Shown piece by piece: positions 19,507 to 29,566 of a DNA stretch of 64,000 bases. Origin of the DNA: Nitrosopumilaceae archaeon. Lineage in GTDB: Archaea; Thermoproteota; Nitrososphaeria; Nitrososphaerales; Nitrosopumilaceae. Both the position numbers and the translations under genes were made by a program. Within the stretch, counting starts at the first letter, position 1; every line of letters starts with the position of its first letter. The notes under the pieces were generated by a model, which worked only from the letters and a program-made list of their open reading frames with translations, was not told the origin of the DNA and made no database searches. The stretch lies in assembly GCA_052389415.1 (NCBI GenBank), contig JBQTHX010000014.1, positions 1-64,000 of the forward strand, read 5' to 3'.

Positions 19507-22220
19507 GAATCCCAGAAACCACGAGTTGTTACGTATTGCCTTTCTGCTTCATAGATCTGCTTGTACAATTCTTCCTGCCCTACCATATTTCGCAATATTC
19601 TAGCTCCTGTATCTGCTCCTACACCATATCCTGAAAGGACAATAAGGGCTGTTTGCCCAAAGTTTTCTAAAAGTGAGGAGATCTTCCAGGCCCGTACAAA
19701 CTTGTTATTTTCTTCTGGTGTAAGTTTTTTACCACCATGCTTTTTCTGTATAATCTTTGCTAAGTCATAATCAGAATAACAAGTAGCTGTGATCTGATGA
19801 GATTTACAATAATGGCATGAAAGTGTTTTGTTTATTTCTCTAGTTTCAACAACCTTCTCCCATTTTCCGCATCTAACACATATCAGCCTGTGTTTTGTTT
19901 TCAATAGTCTTGTTTTGACTAGATCTAAAACTCCCTTGTCCATATTTGCTGGAGATGCATAATACTTTGTAGTATGATCTAAGATGGAATCCGCAAGTTT
20001 AGAAAAAGTTTCCACTTCTATCCACTTTATTTTAATTTCATTAGAACGAATTTTTTCTAACAACTTCTCAGTATTTCCCAGATCATATTTGTCATGAAAT
20101 AATTCGCGCAATGCCTCATTAGCAAGGGGAGTTTTTGAATATTTTTCGTAGATGAATCTTGCGGCTTTTCTATCATATACTGCTTCTCTGCCCACGATGC
20201 CAAATTTCTTAGCTACACACCAAGTTCTCCAGTTTATGTTATGTGTTCCTATGAGGGATGCGCTAACAACCATTGTTAGATCATATACTTCATTTAGGAT
20301 ATCGATTACTTGCTTTTCCATTATTCTACCATTAGAGGACATGATTATTCTATATGCATCAGATCTTGATTCTACGAGATATCCTGTCTTTGCTGAAAGC
20401 ATTGTAGAAAGCAGCATAGATAGAGTAGAATTAATTTTTGTCCCAAAACATGAATGAATTACTACAGTATTTCTAACCCTTAATGATTCTACTACGATAG
20501 TTTCTTCATTTGGAATTGGATCTAGTTTTAGATTATTGATTACTTTATTTGAAACCAGAAGAGAACCTGTTCGTACTTTTGTTCTGAAAATTCCAACCTT
20601 ATTTGCAGTCGTATAATCTACAGGAATATTTTCACCCTCCCAATATGGCACGTTTATCCCTGCTGACTGTATAGGTTCAACGTTGATTCTCAATAAGATA
20701 TCATCTACGTTTAGTATTCTCCATTGCATACCCCTTAAAACAAAAACATTTCCTGGATCACCATAATCACCTACAAATCTTTGATCCAAACTACCAATGA
20801 TTTTTTTACTTGCTGTATCAAAAACCTTGAACTTTAGAATATCTGGAATAGTTGAAAGGTTTTCAAAAAAATATCGGAACGCTCTACCTTTTTTCTGAAA
20901 TATCATTTCATTCCTGTCAAAAAAAAGAATCGAATTGTTGTGTAGTAATTCAAGAACTTGGAAAAAATCTTCTATTACTAATTTTCTGAAAGGATATGCT
21001 TGTTTTATTATCTTAAACGCAAGATCTACTGGAACTTTACCAAGTTGCATTGATAAACCAACTAGATGATGTGCTAGTACATCTAATGCACCTTCCTGGA
21101 TAGTCTGGTCTTCAATTGATTTTTCTTTAACTCTCTGAAGTATAGCATGTGTTTCAAATTCATCATCTGGATTATTGGTTATGATTAGACCCTTTGCAGT
21201 CGAGTCTCTTTTGTGCTTACTTCTGCCAATTCTTTGCATTAGTTTTGATACTTGTCTGGGTGAACCATAATGTATCACAAGTTCAACAGAACCAATATCA
21301 AGTCCAAGTTCAAGTGACGATGTACACACTATGATTCCAGGCTTACCTTGTCTTAGGGTTTCTTCTGTTTCTTCTCTAATTTCTTGTGAAAGTGACCCAT
21401 GATGTAATTCTACTCGAAGCGTAGTTTTTTCACGTAAAATTGATGCAAGGTATTCTGATTCACCACGGGTATTTGTAAAAAGCAATACTGGAGAATTGTG
21501 ATAATTTTTTGTAACATATTCTATTATGTAATCAACTACATCAGAAATTGTTCCATCTATATATTTGACTTCAACATCATATTTTCGAATAGAATTATCT
21601 TGAATTATTTTACATTTTCTTTTGGTTCCTGCAACAAATTTAGAAGATTCGTTAACATTGCCTACAGTTGCAGATAAACCTACTCGAGTTATTTCTTGTT
21701 TTGAATTGACCTGTAATCTTTCTAAACTTATAGAGAGTTGAGAGCCCCGTTCATTTCCTAATAATTCATGTACTTCATCTATGATTATCCATTCAAGTTC
21801 TGATAGTGCCTCTAACATCTTTTTTTGAGTTAGCAAGATTAGAACAGTTTCAGGGGTAGTTATCAGAATGTCTGGTGGGGATTCTGTTATTTTTTTTCGT
21901 GCTGATTGTGTAGTATCACCATGACGAATTTGAATTGAGAGACTTTCATTTTCAGCATATTTTATTATCCTTCTAAATACATCACGGTTTAGCGCTCTTA
22001 AGGGCGTAATGTAAAGGGCCTTTATTTTTCCAAGTTTTTTAGCATTAGCCAGACGAGAAAATATAGGAATAACTGCCGTCTCCGTTTTACCTGAACCCGT
22101 GGGTGCAATTACTAAGGCATCAATCTTTTGGAAAATTATAGGAATTGCTTTTTGTTGAATGTATGTCAGGCCTCCAAAACCAAGAGAATGAAACTTGGTT
22201 TTAATTTCAGATTCAAGCAT
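19503..22220 (-). CDS. Lhr-like ATP-dependent SF2 helicase
   Basis: APTGSGKT, PLRALNRD, DEVH, SAT, HHGSLS, TSSLELGLDIG, QRIGRS; C-terminal CxxC pairs. Confidence 0.92.
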   Translation of the reverse strand: MLESEIKTKFHSLGFGGLTYIQQKAIPIIFQKIDALVIAPTGSGKTETAVIPIFSRLANAKKLGKIKALYITPLRALNRDVFRRIIKYAENESLSIQIRHGDTTQSARKKITESPPDILITTPETVLILLTQKKMLEALSELEWIIIDEVHELLGNERGSQLSISLERLQVNSKQEITRVGLSATVGNVNESSKFVAGTKRKCKIIQDNSIRKYDVEVKYIDGTISDVVDYIIEYVTKNYHNSPVLLFTNTRGESEYLASILREKTTLRVELHHGSLSQEIREETEETLRQGKPGIIVCTSSLELGLDIGSVELVIHYGSPRQVSKLMQRIGRSKHKRDSTAKGLIITNNPDDEFETHAILQRVKEKSIEDQTIQEGALDVLAHHLVGLSMQLGKVPVDLAFKIIKQAYPFRKLVIEDFFQVLELLHNNSILFFDRNEMIFQKKGRAFRYFFENLSTIPDILKFKVFDTASKKIIGSLDQRFVGDYGDPGNVFVLRGMQWRILNVDDILLRINVEPIQSAGINVPYWEGENIPVDYTTANKVGIFRTKVRTGSLLVSNKVINNLKLDPIPNEETIVVESLRVRNTVVIHSCFGTKINSTLSMLLSTMLSAKTGYLVESRSDAYRIIMSSNGRIMEKQVIDILNEVYDLTMVVSASLIGTHNINWRTWCVAKKFGIVGREAVYDRKAARFIYEKYSKTPLANEALRELFHDKYDLGNTEKLLEKIRSNEIKIKWIEVETFSKLADSILDHTTKYYASPANMDKGVLDLVKTRLLKTKHRLICVRCGKWEKVVETREINKTLSCHYCKSHQITATCYSDYDLAKIIQKKHGGKKLTPEENNKFVRAWKISSLLENFGQTALIVLSGYGVGADTGARILRNMVGQEELYKQIYEAERQYVTTRGFWDS

Positions 22221-22332
22221 TAGATTCTTCGTTCTTTTTTGTTCGAGCTCGCTCGTAGACCATCACCCCAAAAAGTCCTATTCCAAAAAGAATTACGATT
22301 ATGATTGGAAAAGAATCAAAAATTCCTGCCAT
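22213..22332 (-). CDS. 39-aa single-TM micro-protein (not in ORF track)
   Basis: MAGIFDSFPIIIVILFGIGLFGVMVYERARTKKNEESNA*; stop overlaps the Lhr start (ATGCTTGA). Confidence 0.65.
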   Translation of the reverse strand: MAGIFDSFPIIIVILFGIGLFGVMVYERARTKKNEESNA

Positions 22333-22363
22333 GAGCTCGTTAAAATTTACAGTGATAAATATC

Positions 22364-23020
22364 TTAAGATGAATCTATCAGACCTGCCTGTGTTATCATG
22401 TAACTCACTTCTTTTTTAAAACCAAAAGATGGAAGGATTCTTGCCATGAATTTTTGATTGACTTTAGCAAGATGAATTTTCTGATGAGTATACATGCTTA
22501 TTGATCTTTCAAGATTTTCTTTTTCATCATCGTTTGATTTTCTAACTATGTTTGTTACGACAACAGGAATTTGTTTTTGTATTGCAATAAATGCCAAGTC
22601 GTGCATATATTTCATAAATATAATGTGTTTTTCTAACATGTTAGATTCTTTTGAATATTCAAATGAAAATAGATCCGTAACGTTATCTACTACAACAAGA
22701 CCTAAATTTTTGATTTCAGATATTTTGTCTAGATAAAGGATCTGTTCAGAGATATTGGTTATTCTGCCAACTCTTACATTATCAAGTAGTTTTGGATTCA
22801 AGTTTTGAGATTCGATGATAGATAGCAGTCTTTCTGGTCTGAATCCAGAAGTAGTATCTTGGTAAAGTATTTCCACACCATTTCTAAGTGCATTAACGCA
22901 TATTTGGAGTGAAAGTTGTGTTTTCCCAGTTCCACTTGCACCAAAAACATCCGTTATAATACTATGTCTTATGCCACCACCTAAAAGCTCATCCAATTTT
23001 TGGATGCCAGTTTGAATCAT
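22364..23020 (-). CDS. RadA paralog (RadB/aRadC-like RecA-family ATPase)
   Basis: IQTGIQKLDELLGGG, Walker A GASGTGKT, FRPER, VVVDN; no RadA N-terminal domain. Confidence 0.85.
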   Translation of the reverse strand: MIQTGIQKLDELLGGGIRHSIITDVFGASGTGKTQLSLQICVNALRNGVEILYQDTTSGFRPERLLSIIESQNLNPKLLDNVRVGRITNISEQILYLDKISEIKNLGLVVVDNVTDLFSFEYSKESNMLEKHIIFMKYMHDLAFIAIQKQIPVVVTNIVRKSNDDEKENLERSISMYTHQKIHLAKVNQKFMARILPSFGFKKEVSYMITQAGLIDSS

Positions 23021-23122
23021 GAATCTCAAGATCACGTCAGTAGTTAAAGAATATTGGATGTGAATGCGATCGGGAAGGCTTTTATTCCCGATCTCAGGCA
23101 GTGCTTCACAAGTGATTTATGT

Positions 23123-23365
23123 TTGTCGCAGTCACCACCAAAAAGACCACTAACAACTTTGCAAAAAGGGATCAATAAGAAAGTCACAGTAAGACTGAAA
23201 AATGAAGTGGAATACAAGGGAAAAATGAATAACGTAGATTCATACATGAATTTGATAATGACAGATGCTGAAGAACTTAGTAACGGCAAGGTTATTGCAA
23301 ATTATGGTAGAGTGATAGTAAGAGGAAATAACGTTCTTTTCATTAAACTTGAAAATGAATTATAA
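23123..23365 (+). CDS. Sm/Lsm RNA-binding protein (SmAP)
   Basis: Sm1 (V.V.LKN..EY.G.M..VDSYMNL) and Sm2 (VIVRGNNV); likely TTG start at 23123. Confidence 0.93.
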   Translation: MSQSPPKRPLTTLQKGINKKVTVRLKNEVEYKGKMNNVDSYMNLIMTDAEELSNGKVIANYGRVIVRGNNVLFIKLENEL

Positions 23366-23382
23366 TTAAATTGGTTTTACAA

Positions 23383-24540
23383 ATGGAGAGAAAATATCTC
23401 TTTACATCAGAATCTGTAACAGAAGGACATCCAGACAAGATTTGTGATCAGGTTTCTGATGCGATTTTAGACGAATTTTTGAAACGCGATCCAGATTCGA
23501 GAGTCGCTGTAGAAACATTGACTACAACAGGAATTGTGGTTGTGGCAGGTGAAGTAACTTCAAAGGCAAAGTTTGACATCCAGGATGTCGTAAGAAGAAC
23601 AATACGAGAAATTGGTTATGATAATCCAGATTATGGTTTTGATGCTGATTCGTGTAGTGTGTTAGTATCTATTCATTCCCAGAGTCCAGATATATCTCAA
23701 GGAGTTTCATCCTCAGAATCCAAAGAACAAGGTGCAGGAGATCAGGGATTAATGTTCGGATACGCTACTAATGAGACTGAAGAGTTTATGCCTATGCCAA
23801 TCATACTAGCACACAAACTTACAAAGCGACTTGCAGATGCAAGAAAAAATAAGGAGATTTCTTGGGCAAGACCAGATGGAAAATCACAAGTAACTGTGGA
23901 ATATGAAGATGGAAAACCAAAAAGATTAGAAGCAGTTGTAATTTCTACACAGCATTCTCCAGATGTGGATAACGGTCAGATAAGAAAAGAGATCATTGAT
24001 AAAGTAATCAAACCTACCTGTGGAAAATTATGGCATGACAAAATCAAAGTTCATGTAAATCCAACTGGAAGGTTTGTTATTGGAGGCCCACCTGGAGATG
24101 CAGGTCTTACTGGTAGAAAGATCATAGTGGATTCCTATGGAGGCTTTGGAAGACATGGTGGTGGAGCCTTCTCTGGAAAAGATCCTTCCAAAGTAGATAG
24201 ATCTGCTTGTTACATGTGTCGCTATATTGCTAAGAACATAGTTGCTGCTGGTCTTGCTGACAGATGCGAAGTTCAAGTCGCATATGCAATTGGTGTAGCA
24301 GAACCAGTCTCACTTATGGTAAGTACGTTTGGTACAAGTAAAATTTCAGAAGAACATATTGAAAATTTGGTAAGAAAGCACTTTGACATGAGACCGGCTG
24401 CAATAATATCGCAATTAAATTTGAAGAGACCGATATATAGAAAAACAGCATCATATGGTCATTTTGGACGAAATGAACCAGAATTTAGCTGGGAACAAAC
24501 AGACAAGGCCGACATACTAAGAAAAGCGGCAGGCCTTTAA
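23383..24540 (+). CDS. metK: S-adenosylmethionine synthetase, bacterial/eukaryotic type
   Basis: [38 protein letters not shown]. Confidence 0.97.
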   Translation: MERKYLFTSESVTEGHPDKICDQVSDAILDEFLKRDPDSRVAVETLTTTGIVVVAGEVTSKAKFDIQDVVRRTIREIGYDNPDYGFDADSCSVLVSIHSQSPDISQGVSSSESKEQGAGDQGLMFGYATNETEEFMPMPIILAHKLTKRLADARKNKEISWARPDGKSQVTVEYEDGKPKRLEAVVISTQHSPDVDNGQIRKEIIDKVIKPTCGKLWHDKIKVHVNPTGRFVIGGPPGDAGLTGRKIIVDSYGGFGRHGGGAFSGKDPSKVDRSACYMCRYIAKNIVAAGLADRCEVQVAYAIGVAEPVSLMVSTFGTSKISEEHIENLVRKHFDMRPAAIISQLNLKRPIYRKTASYGHFGRNEPEFSWEQTDKADILRKAAGL

Positions 24541-25389
24541 TACTTCCCGATAAGTTCTAAATTTGATGCATGTAATTTTTTTTAATTTTTCATAATTTCC
24601 TACAAAATCCCCTACAAGAAGACTCAGATCGTCTATACCAAAGTCATTATTTTTTTCACGCAATGAGTTTCTATAAGCATCTTCCAAGTCGGTTTTTTCT
24701 ATTTTTATTTTTCTTCCACGTAAGAAATCCTTAATGAAACATTTGTATGTGACAGTTTGAGGACCTACAAGATCTATGATTTTGTTAGAGAATTTCTTGT
24801 CTGAAAGGGCTTGAAATAATATGGTACATACATCATCTACAGAAATTGGTTGTAATCTATAGTTTCCAGAACCTGGTATGATAATTTTATTTTTTTTGAT
24901 TTGTTTAAAGAGAATTTGAGATAAAGGATCGTTTTTTCCAATTATATAGGATGCACGAAAAATTGTGTAATCAAGACCAGAATGAATGATTTCTTGTTCT
25001 GCTTTGTATTTAGATATGAAATACCCAAAATTCGTATTTTTATGAACCCCAAGACCGCTGATGTAAATGATTTTTTTTATTCCAGCTTTTTTACACAAAG
25101 ATACTGCATTTTTTGTAAGACCAACATTGACCTTTTCATAATCATCGTTTACTGTTTGTCTTCCTTTTCCTATGAAATGCAATAATACTGAACACTTTCT
25201 CAATTTTGATACAAGATATTTTTCAGAAAGATCCTTTGAGATTATAGTCCTAGATTGCACATTTGCTCCTTTTTTTCGTGTAATGCCAATTACTTGAACC
25301 CCCTTCCTTGCAAATAAAGCCGCTACGTTTCTACCTACAAAGCCATTTGCTCCTGTAATTGACACATGTAATTTTTGGTTTCGGTTCAT
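24517..25389 (-). CDS. NAD-dependent epimerase/dehydratase (NDUFA9-like atypical SDR)
   Basis: [13 protein letters not shown] (YxxxK), QPISVDDV. Confidence 0.85.
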   Translation of the reverse strand: MNRNQKLHVSITGANGFVGRNVAALFARKGVQVIGITRKKGANVQSRTIISKDLSEKYLVSKLRKCSVLLHFIGKGRQTVNDDYEKVNVGLTKNAVSLCKKAGIKKIIYISGLGVHKNTNFGYFISKYKAEQEIIHSGLDYTIFRASYIIGKNDPLSQILFKQIKKNKIIIPGSGNYRLQPISVDDVCTILFQALSDKKFSNKIIDLVGPQTVTYKCFIKDFLRGRKIKIEKTDLEDAYRNSLREKNNDFGIDDLSLLVGDFVGNYEKLKKITCIKFRTYREVLKACRFS

Positions 25390-25447
25390 TATTGTAGCAA
25401 GATATCTCCGACAAATTAATTTTAAAGGTATTGTATGATAGATTAGG

Positions 25448-25885
25448 TTGAACTCCTCAAGTTGTTACAAGATTTTGGGTGTTCAGATAGGCGCCTCACA
25501 AAAAGAGATCAAAGCAGCATATAGAAAACTCTCTTTGAAATATCATCCTGACAGAAATAAGAGCGAAAAAAATGATGAGACATTTAAGCAAATCATAGAG
25601 GCATATCAGTTTCTAAGACGAGAGGAAAAGAAAACTCGAAAGAAATCCGATGCAGATATTGAATCTACCTACACTACGTTTTGGAAACATTACGAACAAA
25701 CAGAGCATGAGTCAAAATTTTTCAATGAAGTAGATTTTGGAAGATTTGGTTTTGGTGTAAATGTTAATGAAGTGTACGAACACAATCAAGAAAAACCAAC
25801 ATCACATATCTTTACACATATTCTACTTTATGGAGGCCTTGGAGTAATGGCATTATGGATAATTCTTTCTGGAATACTAAAATGA
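25448..25885 (+). CDS. J-domain protein with C-terminal transmembrane anchor
   Basis: [14 protein letters not shown]-domain; C-terminal [17 protein letters not shown]. Confidence 0.85.
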   Translation: MNSSSCYKILGVQIGASQKEIKAAYRKLSLKYHPDRNKSEKNDETFKQIIEAYQFLRREEKKTRKKSDADIESTYTTFWKHYEQTEHESKFFNEVDFGRFGFGVNVNEVYEHNQEKPTSHIFTHILLYGGLGVMALWIILSGILK

Positions 25886-25923
25886 GTTCATAAAGATTAA
25901 TACATGAAAAAACAATTTTTGGT

Positions 25924-27015
25924 GTGGAAAAAGAATCAGTGCCAAAAGGAAAACTTAGAACTGGATTTACTACTGGAACATGCGCTACTGCTGGAGCAAT
26001 AGCTGCAGTTTTAGCTATTACTAAACAAAAAAATATAGAATCTGTTGATGTCATCCTTCCCAAAAAAAAGAGAATTCAAATAAAAATAGCAAATTGTAAA
26101 TTTACAAAGAAAAGTGCCAAATGTGCAGTGATAAAAGACGGAGGCGATGATCCTGATGTTACTCATGGTGCTGAGATATGGACCGAAGTATTGGTAACTG
26201 ACAAACCAAATAAAATTGAAGTAGATGGAGGAGATGGAGTTGGAAGGGTTACCAAACCGGGTCTTGGACTTGAGATTGGTACTGCTGCAATCAATCCAAC
26301 CCCAAAAAAAATGATAATAGAAAACATTTCAGTGATAGCTCAAGATCTGCTGGAAAAAAATGGTCTTAAAGTTACGATTTCTGTCCCTAAAGGAAAGGAA
26401 CTTGCGTTAAAAACTGATAATCCAAGACTTGGGATCTTAGGCGGTATCTCAATCTTAGGTACTAGTGGAATCGTTATTCCATACTCAACTGCCTCATTTG
26501 CAGCTGCAATCAGACAAAGTCTTGATGTTACAGTAGCTATGGGAAATGATGTTGTGGTATTAACCACTGGAGGAAGAAGTGAAGATTTTTCAAAAATCAT
26601 AATTAAGCTGCCAGATCATTGTTATGTCCAGATGGGAGATTTTTCTGGATATACTATTCAGCAATGTGCAACAAGAAAGATCAGAAAGGCTTACGTTGCA
26701 GGTTTTATTGGAAAACTAACAAAAATAGCAATGGGAGTAAAGCAAACTCATGTAAAAGGCTCTAAAGTTGACATGGACTTTTTGTCTGATATTGCTCAAC
26801 AGTGCAATGCAAAAGCAGGAACTTTAAATGAAATAAAAAAAGCAAACACAGCAAGACATGTGTATGAGATAGTCATAAAAGAGAAACTGATAGGTTTCTT
26901 TGATTTGATTTGTGAAAAGGTTTACAAACAATTAAGAAATCATTCAGAAAGGAAATTTGAAATTGATGTCATCTTGTTTGATTTTGATGGCAACATAATA
27001 GGCAGACATCCATAG
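25924..27015 (+). CDS. cbiD: Cobalt-precorrin-5B C1-methyltransferase
   Basis: LRTGFTTGTCATA, KDGGDDPDVTHG, GGISILGTSGIV.PYS. Confidence 0.96.
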   Translation: MEKESVPKGKLRTGFTTGTCATAGAIAAVLAITKQKNIESVDVILPKKKRIQIKIANCKFTKKSAKCAVIKDGGDDPDVTHGAEIWTEVLVTDKPNKIEVDGGDGVGRVTKPGLGLEIGTAAINPTPKKMIIENISVIAQDLLEKNGLKVTISVPKGKELALKTDNPRLGILGGISILGTSGIVIPYSTASFAAAIRQSLDVTVAMGNDVVVLTTGGRSEDFSKIIIKLPDHCYVQMGDFSGYTIQQCATRKIRKAYVAGFIGKLTKIAMGVKQTHVKGSKVDMDFLSDIAQQCNAKAGTLNEIKKANTARHVYEIVIKEKLIGFFDLICEKVYKQLRNHSERKFEIDVILFDFDGNIIGRHP

Positions 27016-27049
27016 TAACAGATATCTTTAGTATATTGAAAATCAAGCT

Positions 27050-28114
27050 GTGGACAAAGTTGCTGTAATTGCGATCACAAAAAATGGAATAGAAATAGGC
27101 TTATCTTTAAAAAATAAATTTCCTGCTTGGGAAATTTATGCCCCCTCAAAGTTTTCTAACAGTGATTCACAAATTGAATGGTTTAATGATTCCACCACAT
27201 CAAAGGTAGGAGAAGTATTCAAGACGCATGAAGCACTTGTTTGTATATTCTCTCTGGGTGCAGTAATTAGACTAATTTCACCTCATCTGAGAGATAAAAA
27301 AACAGATCCTGCGGTAGTAGTGATAGATGATACAGGCAAGTTTGCAATTAGTACACTTTCAGGACATCTTGGTGGTGCAAATCAGCTTACCGAAGATATA
27401 GCAAAAGTTCTAGGTGCAACTGCAGTTATCACTACTGCTGCAGATGTAAACAAAACCATTGCAGTAGATCTTGTCGGCAAAGAATTTGGTTGGAAGATAG
27501 ATGACGATTCAACAGTTACAAAGGTTAGTGCATTAATGGTAAATGAAGAAAAAATAGGAGTTTTTCAGGATGCTGGTGAGAAGGAGTGGTGGTTACCAAA
27601 AAAAGAACTCCCAAAAAATGTAACTGCCTATCATAGTCTTGAAGAATTGAAGAATTCTCATTCAAAAGGATATTTGATAATTTCAGATAAAGAAATCATA
27701 GACAATGAATTGTTAAAAAATTCTGTAGTCTATAGACCAAAAACTTTGGTTGTAGGAATTGGCTTGCATTGGGACACAAACAAAGAAACAATCAGAGAAG
27801 GCTTGGAATTTTGCATAAAAAAATTCAAGCTTAGTTCAAAATCAATTGCAAGATTTGCTTCAATAAAAAAGGAAGCCAATGTGGTGGGATTACAGGAACT
27901 TGCAAAAGAATGGAACATTCCAGTTGATTATTTTGAAAAAGAAGAGCTTGCTCAAATTGCTATTCCAAATCCATCAGAGACCGTCCAGGCCTTTGAGGGC
28001 ACTCCAAGTGTTTCTGAAGCAGCCGCACTAAGGAGTTCAAAAGGAAAACTAGTTGTTGAGAAACAGAAATTTCCTCCAAATCTGACTATTGCCATAGCTA
28101 GGATCTCAAAATGA
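27050..28114 (+). CDS. cbiG: Cobalt-precorrin-5A hydrolase
   Basis: DKKTDPAVVVID, LSGHLGGAN, ITTAAD, SVSEAAAL. Confidence 0.95.
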   Translation: MDKVAVIAITKNGIEIGLSLKNKFPAWEIYAPSKFSNSDSQIEWFNDSTTSKVGEVFKTHEALVCIFSLGAVIRLISPHLRDKKTDPAVVVIDDTGKFAISTLSGHLGGANQLTEDIAKVLGATAVITTAADVNKTIAVDLVGKEFGWKIDDDSTVTKVSALMVNEEKIGVFQDAGEKEWWLPKKELPKNVTAYHSLEELKNSHSKGYLIISDKEIIDNELLKNSVVYRPKTLVVGIGLHWDTNKETIREGLEFCIKKFKLSSKSIARFASIKKEANVVGLQELAKEWNIPVDYFEKEELAQIAIPNPSETVQAFEGTPSVSEAAALRSSKGKLVVEKQKFPPNLTIAIARISK

Positions 28115-28857
28115 AAAGAGGACTTTTACTCATAGATAGAGGAAGCAGAGAGAAAGAAGTACAAGAAGAGCTTAATTATATTTGCGAGAAGGTCAAATCA
28201 AAAGGAAATTACCTTTTTTGTAACTATTGCTTTTTAGAAGTAATTCCACCCTTTATAGAAGAAGGTATAGAAAAATGTCTCAGAGGTGAAACAGATTCCT
28301 TAACAATTGTACCTTATTTTTTATATCCCGGAAAAAAAGTCAAAGCCGCAGTAAATACAGCTATTGCGATGCAATCCAAAACTAAAGTCAAACTTATCAT
28401 TTCAAAACCTATGAGTCAACACAAATCAATGATTAGTCTAGTGGATGAAAAAATAAAATCCACACTTGCTAAAAATAAAATAACACTTTCCAAAAAACAA
28501 GTAGATGTTTTGATTATTGGACACGGGAGCAAAGATCCTAATGCAAAAATAGCCATTAAATATGTAGTAAATGGATTAGCATCAGAATATAGAAATGTAG
28601 ATTATTGTTTTTTAGAAATTGAAGAGCCAAATATTTCTCAAGGAGTTGAAAAATGTGTAAAAAATTCACCTGAAGTATTGATTGTGATGTTTTACTTTCT
28701 GCATGAAGGTGCTCATGTAAAAAGAGACATTTACACAGATCTAAATCCTGCACTGGAAAAATCCGGGTTGAATAATGTTTTTGTAACTGAGCATCTTGGA
28801 ACAGACGATAAAATGATAGATCTTATTATTGAACGAGCAAGAGAAGTAGAAAGATGA
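28111..28857 (+). CDS. cbiX: Sirohydrochlorin cobaltochelatase, two-domain CbiX type
   Basis: Two CbiX repeats (CFLE..P, P.FL..G); second repeat has GHGS and GAHVKRDI; lies in cbi cluster. Confidence 0.85.
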   Translation: MKRGLLLIDRGSREKEVQEELNYICEKVKSKGNYLFCNYCFLEVIPPFIEEGIEKCLRGETDSLTIVPYFLYPGKKVKAAVNTAIAMQSKTKVKLIISKPMSQHKSMISLVDEKIKSTLAKNKITLSKKQVDVLIIGHGSKDPNAKIAIKYVVNGLASEYRNVDYCFLEIEEPNISQGVEKCVKNSPEVLIVMFYFLHEGAHVKRDIYTDLNPALEKSGLNNVFVTEHLGTDDKMIDLIIERAREVER

Positions 28858-29492
28858 TTACCAACAAAGGTCAGTCCATAGAAGACAAAAGCATGGAAAT
28901 TATAGAAAATGAGATTGGACCTCATTCATATAATGAATTTGAATGGCCAATAGTTAGAAGAGTAATTCATGCAACTGCAGACTTTGATTTTGCAAGAAAA
29001 AACATGATTATTTTTCATAAAAATGCCATATCAAGTGGCATTAATGCCTTGAAGAGTGGCTGTAATATCATTGTGGACGTAAATAGTGTCATAGGTGGTC
29101 TAAACAAGGAAAACTTGAAAGAGTTTGGAAACAAGGCGATTTGTTACATATCGGAACCAAATATTATAGAACAGGCCAAGAAACTAAACAAAACACGCGC
29201 CCAGACTTCTATGCGAATGGCTGCTTCAGATATGAATGGAGGTGTGGTTGCAATAGGCAATGCTCCAACAGCACTAGTAGAAGTAATTCAAATGATAAGG
29301 GAAAATGTAACACACCCTGCTCTTGTGATTGGAATCCCAGTTGGTTTTGTGTGCGCAGTAGAATCAAAAGAAAAACTTCAGACACTTGACATGCCATACA
29401 TTACAAACAAAGGTCGTAAGGGAGGAAGCCCTTGTGCATCTGCAATAGTAAATGCGCTGTTTAATCTCTTAAAAGAAAAATCAAAAGGCTAA
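28854..29492 (+). CDS. cbiC: Precorrin-8X methylmutase
   Basis: IEDKSMEII, RRVIHATADF, IGNAPTAL, G.PVGFV, GRKGGS. Confidence 0.95.
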   Translation: MITNKGQSIEDKSMEIIENEIGPHSYNEFEWPIVRRVIHATADFDFARKNMIIFHKNAISSGINALKSGCNIIVDVNSVIGGLNKENLKEFGNKAICYISEPNIIEQAKKLNKTRAQTSMRMAASDMNGGVVAIGNAPTALVEVIQMIRENVTHPALVIGIPVGFVCAVESKEKLQTLDMPYITNKGRKGGSPCASAIVNALFNLLKEKSKG

Positions 29493-29566
29493 ACGAGTTT
29501 ATTGACAAAGAGTAAAAATGATTAACCCCCGCTTTGAAGCCAAAAGCATGCTATTGTCGTAAAACT

